Source of the DNA: an uncultured Bacteroidota bacterium
GTDB lineage: Bacteria; Bacteroidota; Ignavibacteria; Kryptoniales; JAKASW01
DNA: 64,000 nt
Direction of reading: 5' to 3'
Assembly (NCBI GenBank): GCA_963704305.1
Contig: OY969888.1
Location: 3,875,010 to 3,939,009 of the forward strand
Made by a program: the position numbers and the translations under genes. Position 1 is the stretch's first letter; the number at the start of each line of letters is the position of its first letter. Below are positions 19,753 through 28,702 of the stretch, piece after piece. The notes under the pieces are model-generated. The model did not search any database, was not told the origin of the DNA, and saw nothing but the letters and a program-made list of their open reading frames with translations.

Positions 19753-20813
19753 AGCGGGTCATCATCGACACAGATGCGGGTGTCGACGACTCGCTCGCAA
19801 TCGTCTACGCCGCCACCTCCGGTAAGCTACAAATCGAAATGATAACTACCGTCGCAGGAAACGCTCCGGTCAATGAGGTAACTCAAAACGTAATGCTATT
19901 GAAAGAGCTTTTGCAGCTCGGCGTTCCTGTTTATTCCGGTGCTGACAAACCACTGAAGAAAGAATTGGTCACCGCAGCTGAGGTGCACGGCGAAGATGGC
20001 CTCGGAGGCTACCGAAGATCCCGGCAGATAACGAGAAAGAATTGGGAAACAAAGAATGCGGCTCAGAAAATCGTCGAGGCAGCGAGGAAATTTGGCCGGG
20101 AATTAAATATCATCTCTATTGGTCCGATGACAAACATTGCGAATGCAGTCGAGCTTGACACGAACGCCATGCGGGCTGTCGCAAGTGTAATTCAGATGGG
20201 CGGTGTGTTCTTCGGATATGGTAACACAACGACCTTTACGGAATTCAACATTTTCGTCGATCCCGACGCGGCAAACTTTGTTTTAAAAAATCATGTGAAG
20301 GTAAGATTCGTTCCACTGGACTTAACGGAACGACTTTTCCTCCCTCGAAAGTTAATCGCCTCCCTTTTTAAATCGTCAAGAAGCCTTGGGAAAGAACTGA
20401 AAGGGCTCCTCGAACAGTCGACACGCCACTACATCGATTATCACAAAAAGATTGAAAAGTTAGACGGCTGCTTCCTGCATGATCCTATTGCCGTCGCCGC
20501 GGCGATCAATCCGAAATGGTTCAAGTTCGTTGATTCATTCATCTCAATCGAAACAGATGGAAGACTTGCGACCGGCATGACATTGGCAGACTTCCGCCAC
20601 AATTTGTCGGGAACCGGATCCAGGAAAGGTATCAGCGGAAAATATCGTAACTCGAGAAAGGTGAACTCGCAGATCGCTGTCTCGTTCAGCTCCGAGAAAT
20701 TTCTAAGAGATTTTGCAGACAGAGTCTTCGGGACAAACATCTCGGCAAGTTTCATCCGAAAGCATTGCTTAAGAGATAGATTCTACCCAAGTTTCAGTAA
20801 TGCCATCAGGTGA
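19749..20813 (+). CDS. nucleoside hydrolase (IunH-like) with C-terminal extension
   Basis: N-terminal DTDAGVDD aspartate cluster, GPMTNIA, and an HDP motif (FLHDPIAV). Confidence 0.8.
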   Translation: MKRVIIDTDAGVDDSLAIVYAATSGKLQIEMITTVAGNAPVNEVTQNVMLLKELLQLGVPVYSGADKPLKKELVTAAEVHGEDGLGGYRRSRQITRKNWETKNAAQKIVEAARKFGRELNIISIGPMTNIANAVELDTNAMRAVASVIQMGGVFFGYGNTTTFTEFNIFVDPDAANFVLKNHVKVRFVPLDLTERLFLPRKLIASLFKSSRSLGKELKGLLEQSTRHYIDYHKKIEKLDGCFLHDPIAVAAAINPKWFKFVDSFISIETDGRLATGMTLADFRHNLSGTGSRKGISGKYRNSRKVNSQIAVSFSSEKFLRDFADRVFGTNISASFIRKHCLRDRFYPSFSNAIR

Positions 20814-21804
20814 GAAACTAGGATTTGCCAGTTCAGCTATTATTTTCATCTCGATCTTGACCTTGACAAACTCCGGTTGTCAGAAGCTCTCCTCTATTCC
20901 GACGGAGGAAGATAATTTCATCATCATACCACCCTCTAACCTGGGAAACGTTTACGCCCATGACGCATCAGTGCTGATTGCCTGGGACCAGGTGACTGCA
21001 GTCGGGTTCTCTTATTATAGAGTTTACTTCGGCACAAGCCGGTCGAAACTCGGCTTTGCAGGCGAGACGTTGGACTATTTCTTCTCCATTGACAGTCTTA
21101 GTTACGATTCTCTGTATTACTTTCAGATCTCTGCTGTGTATGCGAACGGAGTCGAAAGCGGCGGAAGCAATATTGATTCAGCCAAACCTGTGAATGCTTA
21201 CGCACCTTATACCCCGACTGGATTGGTTGTTCAAGGACACAATGACAACTCAGGAAAATTCATGTCGGCAATCTGGTCGGCGAATTTTGACGGGGATCTG
21301 GCCGGCTATGAAGTTTATCGGGACACATCAGAAGCTTTCCAACCTGACACGACCTCGTTCGTAAATCGCGTCGTTGTCCTGACGACAAACTCGTTTAAGG
21401 ACACAACAAACCTTGTCATTAACAGACAATATTATTACAAAGTTATCGCATTCGATTTCGCGCATTGGAGGAGTTCACCGTCTCAACCAGCTTCCGATGA
21501 GATTCTGGCGGAACCGGCACTCGTCTCGCCACCAAACGGCTCGACGATAAGCGCGACAAATAATCTCGTGTTCGCGTTCAATCAAGTTCAAGGAGCGTCC
21601 GGATACATTCTCTATATTTCCAGCTCCAGCAATGGAGGCGATATTTACACCACGACTGTCGCCGCAGATCAGGATTCAATTATGTATGCGGGTTCCTTTT
21701 TGAACCCTAACCAGCTTTATTACTGGCATGTTGCCGCAACAACCCTGGATCCGAATACTCCGAATTCCACCAGTGAAGTATTTAGCTTCGCGTTGACCCA
21801 ATGA
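20800..21804 (+). CDS. lipoprotein with fibronectin-type-III-like repeats
   Basis: Lipobox LTNSGC. Repeated FN3-like strands (YYRVYFGTS, YEVYRDTS, YYYKVIAFD). Confidence 0.5.
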   Translation: MPSGEKLGFASSAIIFISILTLTNSGCQKLSSIPTEEDNFIIIPPSNLGNVYAHDASVLIAWDQVTAVGFSYYRVYFGTSRSKLGFAGETLDYFFSIDSLSYDSLYYFQISAVYANGVESGGSNIDSAKPVNAYAPYTPTGLVVQGHNDNSGKFMSAIWSANFDGDLAGYEVYRDTSEAFQPDTTSFVNRVVVLTTNSFKDTTNLVINRQYYYKVIAFDFAHWRSSPSQPASDEILAEPALVSPPNGSTISATNNLVFAFNQVQGASGYILYISSSSNGGDIYTTTVAADQDSIMYAGSFLNPNQLYYWHVAATTLDPNTPNSTSEVFSFALTQ

Positions 21805-22565
21805 TTGAATTCATAGACGTGAGCAAAAGCTTCTCCGGGCAGCAAGCTCTCAACATGATCTCTTTCCGTGTCGAAGATGGAATTGCCTGTGGATACGTCG
21901 GACCGAATGGCGCCGGCAAAACTACCACCGCAAAAATCATAGTCGAGCTCGAGAAAGCTGACGCCGGCAAAGTCAATGTTTCTGCGGACATCTTCGGTAG
22001 AGACAGCGATGCACGCGACAATATTAGAAGTGCAATAGGATATGTGCCGGAATCTCCAAAACTCTATGAGACACTGACTCCATCCGAGATTATCACAATG
22101 GCAGCTCTCTTGAGAAAATTCGACAGAAGGAAGGCAATCGATAGGCTGAACGTGCTGTCAGAAATATTTCTGTTCAAAGATATGCTCAAAAGGCCGCTCC
22201 AAGGTTTGTCAAAAGGTACAAAACAAAAAGTTGTCATCGCGCTAGCATTGGTTTTCAGTCCGAGGATACTAATCCTCGACGAACCCACGGATGGATTGGA
22301 CGTGCAATCGGTTGTTTCGCTCAAGCGATTGATAAAAACCTTCACATCGCGTGGCGGCACTGTGTTCTACAGCTCGCATTTGCTCGACATTGTTGAAAGT
22401 ATTTGCGATAAAGTCTATTTCATTAACAAAGGAAAGATCGCAGGCGAATACGCGCAGAAGGATTTTGTCGACAAGAGAGGCTACTTAGAAAATGCTTTCA
22501 TCGAAAACATGGGCAATGCTAACGATCAGCAATTGATCGACTCATTCTTCGCAGATGCGACTTAG
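21801..22565 (+). CDS. ABC transporter ATP-binding protein (no adjacent permease)
   Basis: Walker A GPNGAGKTT, signature LSKGTKQKV, Walker B ILILDEPTDGLD, H-loop SSHLL. Confidence 0.9.
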   Translation: MIEFIDVSKSFSGQQALNMISFRVEDGIACGYVGPNGAGKTTTAKIIVELEKADAGKVNVSADIFGRDSDARDNIRSAIGYVPESPKLYETLTPSEIITMAALLRKFDRRKAIDRLNVLSEIFLFKDMLKRPLQGLSKGTKQKVVIALALVFSPRILILDEPTDGLDVQSVVSLKRLIKTFTSRGGTVFYSSHLLDIVESICDKVYFINKGKIAGEYAQKDFVDKRGYLENAFIENMGNANDQQLIDSFFADAT

Positions 22566-24438
22566 TCTTTTTCTTTTAGTGACTCTAATCGGCACATCAA
22601 GAGTCTTCTCTCAAATCCAGGATTCGAGCAGAACACCAAATCCCAATCCAATTCCGATCGCTTCGTTGCAATCAGGATTTGCACAGAACCTTAATACGTT
22701 AGACTGGAATGGAGTCGCTGCCGGGGACTGGTCAACGAGTAATTACTTGATTTCCGTCAACGAGAATTTCCATTCGGTGATGATAAAACAGCAACAGAAC
22801 CTGATTCGCGATGAACAGAATTTCGATGGTGATATCGCACGGTCAATTTTCGGAAACCTCTTCGCTTTCGGTGGAGTCCAGTCGAATTACGTCAGTGACA
22901 ACAGAGAAATTGGATTGAACTCCGTCGGCACTTCGAAAATCCTGGGAGGCCTGCTCCTCGATACGCCAAAGGATTCCCTATTCGGCGCAATTGGAAACAA
23001 GTGGGACCAGCAGGCCGGAGTCAACAACAGCGGCTTCATTTATTCTCTCTACGCTAACGATATCTGGCTTCCCGCCGAGGAAAGCAAACTCATCGATACG
23101 GTGACATGGCAGGAGGAACAAATTTCTCCGAGACGGAATTTCGATAAGTTGGCAAGCATTACTTATTACCAGAGTTTTTCCCCTCAGTCATCATTGAGGT
23201 TTGCCGGCTCCTACGGTTCGCAGCTCAGAGATTTCTACTTCCCTGCTGATTCTTCAGTCCAGACTACTTACGGTGTGAAGAATAATATACAGGATAGAAC
23301 TGACAACCAGGGTTCTTTCCTTGGAGAATTATCCGTCCCAATTTTGTTCTTCCAGTTAAACGCTCGCTCAAGCTATGGACAACGAGAGATACAATACACC
23401 TACCGTTACAAACCGACAAATGATCCGGCGAACAACTTATATGATACCAGAATCAAAGTGTCCGACTTCAACCTCTCAGGTCAGATGATCGCAGAGATAT
23501 TCGCTGACACACTCATCCTGAACATGGCACACACTGAAAGATCCGAGACGCATTCCGTCGTCAACCTTTCATCTCTCGGTCCATTCACGCAGCAACAAAT
23601 GTCGACTCAGTCGCAGCTCGATAATTTAGGGACGAGAAATGTCCTCTCCGGACAACTTTTCCTGCATTTTGGAAACACGACGGCGAATCTCACCGGCCTG
23701 GCGTCTCTTTTTCGATACGATACTCCGAGCGAACTGAATTACGATGACCGGGACGAGCTCACCAACACAATCGCGTTCGTGCTCAGCCATCCGTTCAGTC
23801 CATTTTTCCAGGCCGGCTTTGGAATCGAAGCAGACATGATCCACATCGTTTACATCGAATCCGAACGAAGCGCAAACAATAACAGGAATTTTATTTACAA
23901 ATTCTTCCCGATAATTGCTTATTCAAACCAGAGGATTTCTTCATTCAACAGGTTCGAAGTCCTCGCCAACTACACAGTCTACGACTTCGAGGCGTTCTCG
24001 CAGATTCACAGCTTCTCTTTCCGGCAGGCATCCTTTCTCGACTCGACAACAATAAGAATGACCTCCAGAATCTCCACATTCCTCCTTGCAAATATTAAAC
24101 TTTACACGAGAGGCGAACTTTATTGGTCGAGTTTCTCAGAATATCCGCTGAACTATTTTGTAGACGAGACTTTCTGGGTCTCCCTCTTCTTTACCACAAG
24201 TAATATTCGGTATGGCGTCGGCTATAAGTACCTGTCTCTGGCACAATACAACTATCTCACTGCGAAGGCCAGACAATTTGCGACTCAGCAAACCAACGCC
24301 GGGCCGACCGCAATTATTTCTTTGAGCTTGTCGCACCTGCAAATAAGGGTTGACGGCTGGTACCAGGTCTCCAGGCAAACATTGCAAAACCCGATCGTAT
24401 ATCCTAACTTCGAATTGACAGCACAGTATAATATTTGA
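22555..24438 (+). CDS. putative outer-membrane beta-barrel protein, unknown family
   Basis: Signal peptide MRLSLFLLVTLIGTSRVFSQ. 627 aa with alternating hydrophobic/aromatic strands and abundant Y, F, N, S. Confidence 0.45.
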   Translation: MRLSLFLLVTLIGTSRVFSQIQDSSRTPNPNPIPIASLQSGFAQNLNTLDWNGVAAGDWSTSNYLISVNENFHSVMIKQQQNLIRDEQNFDGDIARSIFGNLFAFGGVQSNYVSDNREIGLNSVGTSKILGGLLLDTPKDSLFGAIGNKWDQQAGVNNSGFIYSLYANDIWLPAEESKLIDTVTWQEEQISPRRNFDKLASITYYQSFSPQSSLRFAGSYGSQLRDFYFPADSSVQTTYGVKNNIQDRTDNQGSFLGELSVPILFFQLNARSSYGQREIQYTYRYKPTNDPANNLYDTRIKVSDFNLSGQMIAEIFADTLILNMAHTERSETHSVVNLSSLGPFTQQQMSTQSQLDNLGTRNVLSGQLFLHFGNTTANLTGLASLFRYDTPSELNYDDRDELTNTIAFVLSHPFSPFFQAGFGIEADMIHIVYIESERSANNNRNFIYKFFPIIAYSNQRISSFNRFEVLANYTVYDFEAFSQIHSFSFRQASFLDSTTIRMTSRISTFLLANIKLYTRGELYWSSFSEYPLNYFVDETFWVSLFFTTSNIRYGVGYKYLSLAQYNYLTAKARQFATQQTNAGPTAIISLSLSHLQIRVDGWYQVSRQTLQNPIVYPNFELTAQYNI

Positions 24439-24863
24439 TGCTCGAGTTGCACGAACACACGATTATCGACGGCAAGAATACCGTAGTCAAAGAGGCCGAA
24501 AAAAAACTCAAGAATATTTTCGGAAGACTTGACCTGTCTGAATCGGAGGAGCACAACTTACTAGTTGCCGCGAGCGAGGCTGTCAACAACGCAGTCTTGC
24601 ACGGCAACAAGAATGATCCTTCAAAGAGAGTCATGCTCGATGTCGATTGCAGCGACGACGAGATTACGGTGGCCGTTGAAGACGAAGGCCGCGGATTCAA
24701 TCCGGAAGAGTTACCCGATCCGTTATTGCCTGAAAACCTCCTCAAGCCAAGCGGCAGAGGAATTCATATTATGAAGTCACTTATGGATAGCGTCTCTTTT
24801 GAATTTACCCGGCAAGGAACGAAGGCAATAATGAAACTAAAAGTGGGGAAGAACAAAGCTTAA
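24435..24863 (+). CDS. anti-sigma regulatory factor / serine protein kinase (RsbW/SpoIIAB-like)
   Basis: 142 aa GHKL ATPase core: N-box EAVNNAVLHGN, DEGRGF, and GRGIHIMKSLMD. Confidence 0.75.
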   Translation: MMLELHEHTIIDGKNTVVKEAEKKLKNIFGRLDLSESEEHNLLVAASEAVNNAVLHGNKNDPSKRVMLDVDCSDDEITVAVEDEGRGFNPEELPDPLLPENLLKPSGRGIHIMKSLMDSVSFEFTRQGTKAIMKLKVGKNKA

Positions 24864-24868
24864 CTAGG

Positions 24869-24913
24869 AAAAATCAGCCTTGTCAAGGTCAACAGTTTTA
24901 AATCTTGGCAAGG
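24869..24913 (-). terminator. candidate hairpin terminator between the convergent mdh and kinase genes
   Basis: On the minus strand CCTTGCCAAG pairs with CTTGACAAGG (one mismatch) across a 15-nt loop. A TTTTT run follows 5 nt later. Confidence 0.35.
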
Positions 24914-24924
24914 TCGCGCGAACT

Positions 24925-25852
24925 TCAGTCGAACTTAACTTTCGCCATATTTGCCTTGACATCGTCAGCAGATTTCATGAGTTGCGCCTTCTCCGAATCT
25001 GTCAGCTTAATTTCAACAATCTGCTCAAGGCCTTTCTTCCCCAGCTTCACAGGCACACCTATAACGACATCGTTCATTCCGTACTCCCCTTTCAAATAGA
25101 CCGAGCAAGGAAGAATTCTCTTCTTATCCTTGACTATCGCTTCTACCATCTGCGCGACAGCTGCTGACGGAGCATAATAAGCGCTCCCCGTTTTTAACAA
25201 AGAGACAATCTCCGCTCCGCCATCGCGAGTTCGCTTGACAAGCTTTTCAATTTTGTCGGCGGGCATCATCTCACTCAGAGGGATTCCAGCAACTGATGTG
25301 TAGCGAACGAGAGGAACCATCGAGTCGCCGTGTCCGCCGAGAACAAAGGCCTGAACATCTTCGACTGAAACATTCAATTCGGAAGCAATGAATGTTCTAA
25401 ATCTTGCGGCGTCGAGGACACCTGCCATCCCAATTACTCGGTTTCTATCGAAATTGCTAATCTTCAAGGCAACATAAACCATAACGTCGAGAGGATTCGA
25501 TACGACGATAATTATGCTCTTCGGTGAACGAGGCGCAACTTCTCGCGTGACAGCTTTCAGAATATTTGCATTCGTTGCAAGGAGATCGTCGCGGCTCATC
25601 CCCGGTTTTCTTGCAATTCCGGCCGTGATCACAATGATATCGCTCTCGGCGGTCTCATCGTAGGCATTCGCGCCAACGAGTCGCACGTCGCTGCCAAGCA
25701 CGGGGGACGATTCGAGCATGTCGAGGCCCTTACCCTGAGGCAATCCTTCGATAATATCAGTTAGAACGACTTCGTTCGCGAGCTCCCTGGTCCACCAACC
25801 GTTGGGCAACGGTTGCGCCGACATTGCCGGCCCCAACCACTGTAATTTTCAT
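24925..25852 (-). pseudogene. mdh: malate dehydrogenase interrupted by an apparent 1-nt insertion near the N-terminus (or sequencing error)
   Basis: ATG at 25852 encodes [22 protein letters not shown] (Rossmann GxGxxG) and hits a stop 10 codons later. The rest ([23 protein letters not shown]...GGHGDSMVP) is in the +1 frame. Removing one G of the GGG run (ccc at 25785-25787) restores VDQELANEVV. Span is 928 nt, i.e. 3n+1. Confidence 0.85.
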
Positions 25853-25896
25853 TTGGAGTCCCTTTCTGAATTAATTGTTGCCCGATCTTCTAATCG

Positions 25897-26172
25897 CTAC
25901 GCGTGATCGCTCACGTGCGCGACGGGAACTATACTAACCCTCTTCCTTATTCTTCTATAAGTTTCGAATTTCACTACGCCGTCTTTCAATGCGAAGAGCG
26001 TATCATCCTTTGCGACGCCCACATTGTCTCCGGGAATGATTACCGTCCCTCTTTGTCGGACTATGATGCTCCCGGCCGTTACTTTTTCTCCTCCGAACCT
26101 CTTGACGCCAAGCCGTTGGGAATTGCTGTCGCGACCGTTTCGCGAACTGCCGCCGCCTTTCTTATGTGCCAT
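25897..26172 (-). CDS. rpmA: 50S ribosomal protein L27
   Basis: [24 protein letters not shown]...[11 protein letters not shown]. Confidence 0.97.
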   Translation of the reverse strand: MAHKKGGGSSRNGRDSNSQRLGVKRFGGEKVTAGSIIVRQRGTVIIPGDNVGVAKDDTLFALKDGVVKFETYRRIRKRVSIVPVAHVSDHA

Positions 26173-26181
26173 GAAATACTC

Positions 26182-26535
26182 CTATTGTATCGCCGCCTGA
26201 TCAGTCGCAGACTTTTCGGGGCCGGATTGTTTTATGCTGTCGATGTGGATCGTCGTGAATTGTTCCCTGTGGCCTTTTTTCACTTTGAAATTCTTTTTTC
26301 TCTTCTTTCGGAAAACAAGAATCTTGTCTTTCCTGTCGTGGTTGACGACAGTCGCTTCGACAACAGCGCCGTCGACAAATGAACCGCCGACCTTCTTGGT
26401 CTTCTCATCCTCAAACAGCAGGACTTTGTCTAATTTGACCTTGTCGCCAACTTTTGCCCGAAGCTTTGGAACAACCAAGTTGATATTTTCGGTGACCTTA
26501 AATTGTTTTCCTGCTATCTCTACAACAGCTAACAT
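26182..26535 (-). CDS. rplU: 50S ribosomal protein L21
   Basis: MLAVVEIAGKQFKV...FRKKRKKNFKVKKGHRE, directly upstream of rpmA. Confidence 0.95.
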   Translation of the reverse strand: MLAVVEIAGKQFKVTENINLVVPKLRAKVGDKVKLDKVLLFEDEKTKKVGGSFVDGAVVEATVVNHDRKDKILVFRKKRKKNFKVKKGHREQFTTIHIDSIKQSGPEKSATDQAAIQ

Positions 26536-26556
26536 TATTCCTCCAAATTGGGTTAT

Positions 26557-26585
26557 AATTTAATGCAGTGGCTGCTAAACTTCAA
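26557..26585 (-). promoter_or_regulatory. candidate sigma70-type promoter for rplU-rpmA
   Basis: Minus strand reads TTGAAG, 17-nt spacer, TAAATT. A GGAGG Shine-Dalgarno and the ATG follow within about 20 nt. Confidence 0.3.
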
Positions 26586-26609
26586 TTACGAAATTGAATT
26601 TGCTAGAAT
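26581..26609 (+). promoter_or_regulatory. candidate sigma70-type promoter for tRNA-Ser
   Basis: Plus strand reads TTCAAT, 17-nt spacer, TAGAAT, about 74 nt upstream of the tRNA 5' end. Its -35 overlaps the divergent rplU -35. Confidence 0.25.
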
Positions 26610-26682
26610 GGAACTTCAGAGAGAACGGTTTTGGAAATGAAAGAAACAATCAATTATATTTCCAACGAGTTACTGACGATTT

Positions 26683-26775
26683 GGAGAGGTGGCCGAGTGG
26701 CTGAAGGCAACGGTTTGCTAAACCGTCATACTCTGTAAAGGGGTATCGAGGGTTCGAATCCCTCCCTCTCCGCCA
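26683..26775 (+). tRNA. tRNA-Ser (anticodon GCU), class II with long variable arm, CCA encoded
   Basis: Acceptor GGAGAGG/CCTCTCC. Anticodon stem ACGGT/ACCGT with loop TTGCTAA. Long variable arm, T-arm GAGGG-TTCGAAT-CCCTC, discriminator G, then CCA. Confidence 0.95.
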
Positions 26776-26813
26776 GACTGCGCATCGCGGACGATGCTTC
26801 GTCTGGCAGGCCA
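26761..26813 (+). repeat. direct repeat copy 1: tRNA-Ser 3' end plus downstream hairpin
   Basis: CCTCCCTCTCCGCCAGAC, 22 nt, GTCTGGCAGGCCA. GCCAGAC/GTCTGGC form a stem enclosing an inner GCATCG/CGATGC stem. Confidence 0.85.
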
Positions 26814-26831
26814 TCAGAGAAAGGGGCGGGC

Positions 26832-27083
26832 ATGGGATTTTGGTATGTATATTTCCTGAAAAGCGTTCACAGAGAATTTCTCTATGTCGGGTCAACGAAT
26901 GACATTGAGAGGAGAATCTCTGAACACATCAACGGGTTGGTTCAGTCTACAAAGGCATACAGACCACTTGAGTTAGTTGCCTACTTGGCGGTGAAGAATG
27001 AAAGGAAAGCGAGAGAACTGGAAAGATACTTCAAGGCAGGTTCTGGCAAAGCAATTCTAAGGAAACGAATTTTGGATGATTGA
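26832..27083 (+). CDS. small GIY-YIG nuclease-superfamily protein
   Basis: 83 aa: FWYVYFLKS...LYVGSTNDIERRISEH...ELERYFK, matching the GIY, YIG, Arg and Glu positions of the GIY-YIG fold. Confidence 0.85.
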   Translation: MGFWYVYFLKSVHREFLYVGSTNDIERRISEHINGLVQSTKAYRPLELVAYLAVKNERKARELERYFKAGSGKAILRKRILDD

Positions 27084-27133
27084 ATGAGCAAACGAATCCC
27101 CTGGCAGACAAAGCTTCGAAGAAGCGTAGTCTG

Positions 27134-27186
27134 CCTCCCTCTCCGCCAGACCACTTGTCGAGGGCGATACCCCGTCTGGCAGGCCA
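27134..27186 (+). repeat. direct repeat copy 2 (same 53-nt architecture as 26761-26813)
   Basis: CCTCCCTCTCCGCCAGAC, 22 nt, GTCTGGCAGGCCA. The 18-nt left arm and 13-nt right arm are identical to copy 1 and the central 22 nt differ. No tRNA body lies upstream of it. Confidence 0.85.
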
Positions 27187-27262
27187 ACGCAAAATGGGGG
27201 AAGGCTTCAAGACCAGAGAACATGCTTACGTTGGGGTGCATTGATCGAAAGGAGGCATCCAA

Positions 27263-27721
27263 TTGTTCTCAGACGAAGACATACGCTTGAGAATTGAAGA
27301 AGACTGGGTTAAGCGCAACCACAACGTAAGTTCAATTCAAACAATCGGCAATTCAAGAAAATTCGCGCAAGGTAACGGACAACTTTTCCTTATTATCGTG
27401 GCCAAGGAGGACTGGCAGGCATTCGATGAGAGCGTCTTTCACAAAGTGGAGTCCCATGACGGGAAGGCTTGGTTGGTCATCGGTAGGCTACAGAAGGGAA
27501 CAGGAAAAGTCGACGTTTATGAAGGAGATCTCCGCAAGTTGCTTGCTAAAAGATCGATCTTAGAATACTCCAAGAAAAAGGGACAATATACCTTGCATTT
27601 CCATAAACTGGGTAGCGACCGAAATAGAATAAAAATTAAGCGCGTTAACATAATTATTCCCAGAGCGGGCCAAATTGAAATCGTGACTCCCGGAAATCTC
27701 TTCGGCATATTGCCACCATAG
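27263..27721 (+). CDS. hypothetical protein, no family recognised
   Basis: 152-aa ORF with a TTG start 7 nt after an AAGGAGG Shine-Dalgarno. No motif I can assign. Confidence 0.5.
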   Translation: MFSDEDIRLRIEEDWVKRNHNVSSIQTIGNSRKFAQGNGQLFLIIVAKEDWQAFDESVFHKVESHDGKAWLVIGRLQKGTGKVDVYEGDLRKLLAKRSILEYSKKKGQYTLHFHKLGSDRNRIKIKRVNIIIPRAGQIEIVTPGNLFGILPP

Positions 27722-28054
27722 GTGCGTTTGAAGCCACTACTCTGTTACCATCCGAGCTAATTTATGATACTCAGTTGTGTCAATACTGATGCGACGATCT
27801 GATGACCTGCGCGATCGACCCTTTTCCACGACTGCCGAAGCGTCGCGACTTGTTCGTGCGCAGGAGTTGGATTCCCCACTCAATTTCACGTCGCCACGTT
27901 AAAATAGCCCCGGTTCACTTTAAGCTGAGAATTTGAATTGGTGGATTCAGGCAAATTCGGTCCCGGAAAATTAGCTTGAAAACATCCGGCATCACCCTGT
28001 TGAATCTCCTGTCAAGGATCAGAAGCAATAGCGAAACAAAAGGAGGATTTCGGC

Positions 28055-28240
28055 ATGAATGCTCTGTTCTACCTCGTAGGCGTCTTAGGAGTCGTGATCG
28101 TGATTGGCGGAGGATACATTTATGATCTGCTGAAGCGAATCTCGACTCAGCTTGAGGCAATCACTGAGGGAATACGCAAATTAGGTGATGAAATTGGTAG
28201 CTTCTATTTGCAGGGAAGGAGATCTCCACCTGAGCCCTGA
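28055..28240 (+). CDS. small single-pass membrane protein, hypothetical
   Basis: 61 aa. The ATG is preceded by AAAAGGAGG. N-terminal hydrophobic helix FYLVGVLGVVIVIGGGYIY, then an amphipathic tail. Confidence 0.4.
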   Translation: MNALFYLVGVLGVVIVIGGGYIYDLLKRISTQLEAITEGIRKLGDEIGSFYLQGRRSPPEP

Positions 28241-28504
28241 AACCGCATCAGGGATTCACACCTGAAGGCCGATTGTTCAGCGATAGTTCCCCTAAGTGAC
28301 TTACCGTATAATCGGTAAGACTTGATGAAAGAGCCAGACGTAAACTCAAGCACCACATGGAGCTATCTCCTATATCTGTCTGCGATCAGTCTGAATACTT
28401 TCTCGGATATTGCTTTCATCTTCTTCCTCCCAAACTTGTTCTGCGACAGTTGGACTGTCGCATTTGATTCCGATGCAGCAGTTCAACTGCTGCACAACAT
28501 GGAG

Positions 28505-28702
28505 TCATAGAGACTGGATAATTTCCTTGCTGCTTCGCAAAAGTTTGTTCACCACCGTTTGCGGATTTGCCTTTTTGCGCCTGGCGAGGTCTTGAATGAA
28601 CTGGAGAACATCGTCATCAAGGTAAACTGGAAATCTTAAACGAAGATCTGGCTGATAAAACTTTCCTCGCGTACCTTTAGAAAAATCATATTCGCGTTTC
28701 AT
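28505..28702 (-). CDS. putative antitoxin (BrnA-like) of the BrnT toxin
   Basis: 65 aa starting MKREYDFSKGTRGKFY, a motif common in small antitoxins. Its start overlaps the toxin stop, in the toxin-first order typical of brnT-brnA. Confidence 0.65.
   Translation of the reverse strand: MKREYDFSKGTRGKFYQPDLRLRFPVYLDDDVLQFIQDLARRKKANPQTVVNKLLRSSKEIIQSL

Noticed and set aside
26650-27262. Minus-strand ORFs 26650-26895 (81 aa) and 26981-27262 (93 aa)
   Set aside because: They run antisense through the tRNA-Ser gene, the repeat copies and the GIY-YIG gene, so they are artefacts of the stable GC-rich repeats.
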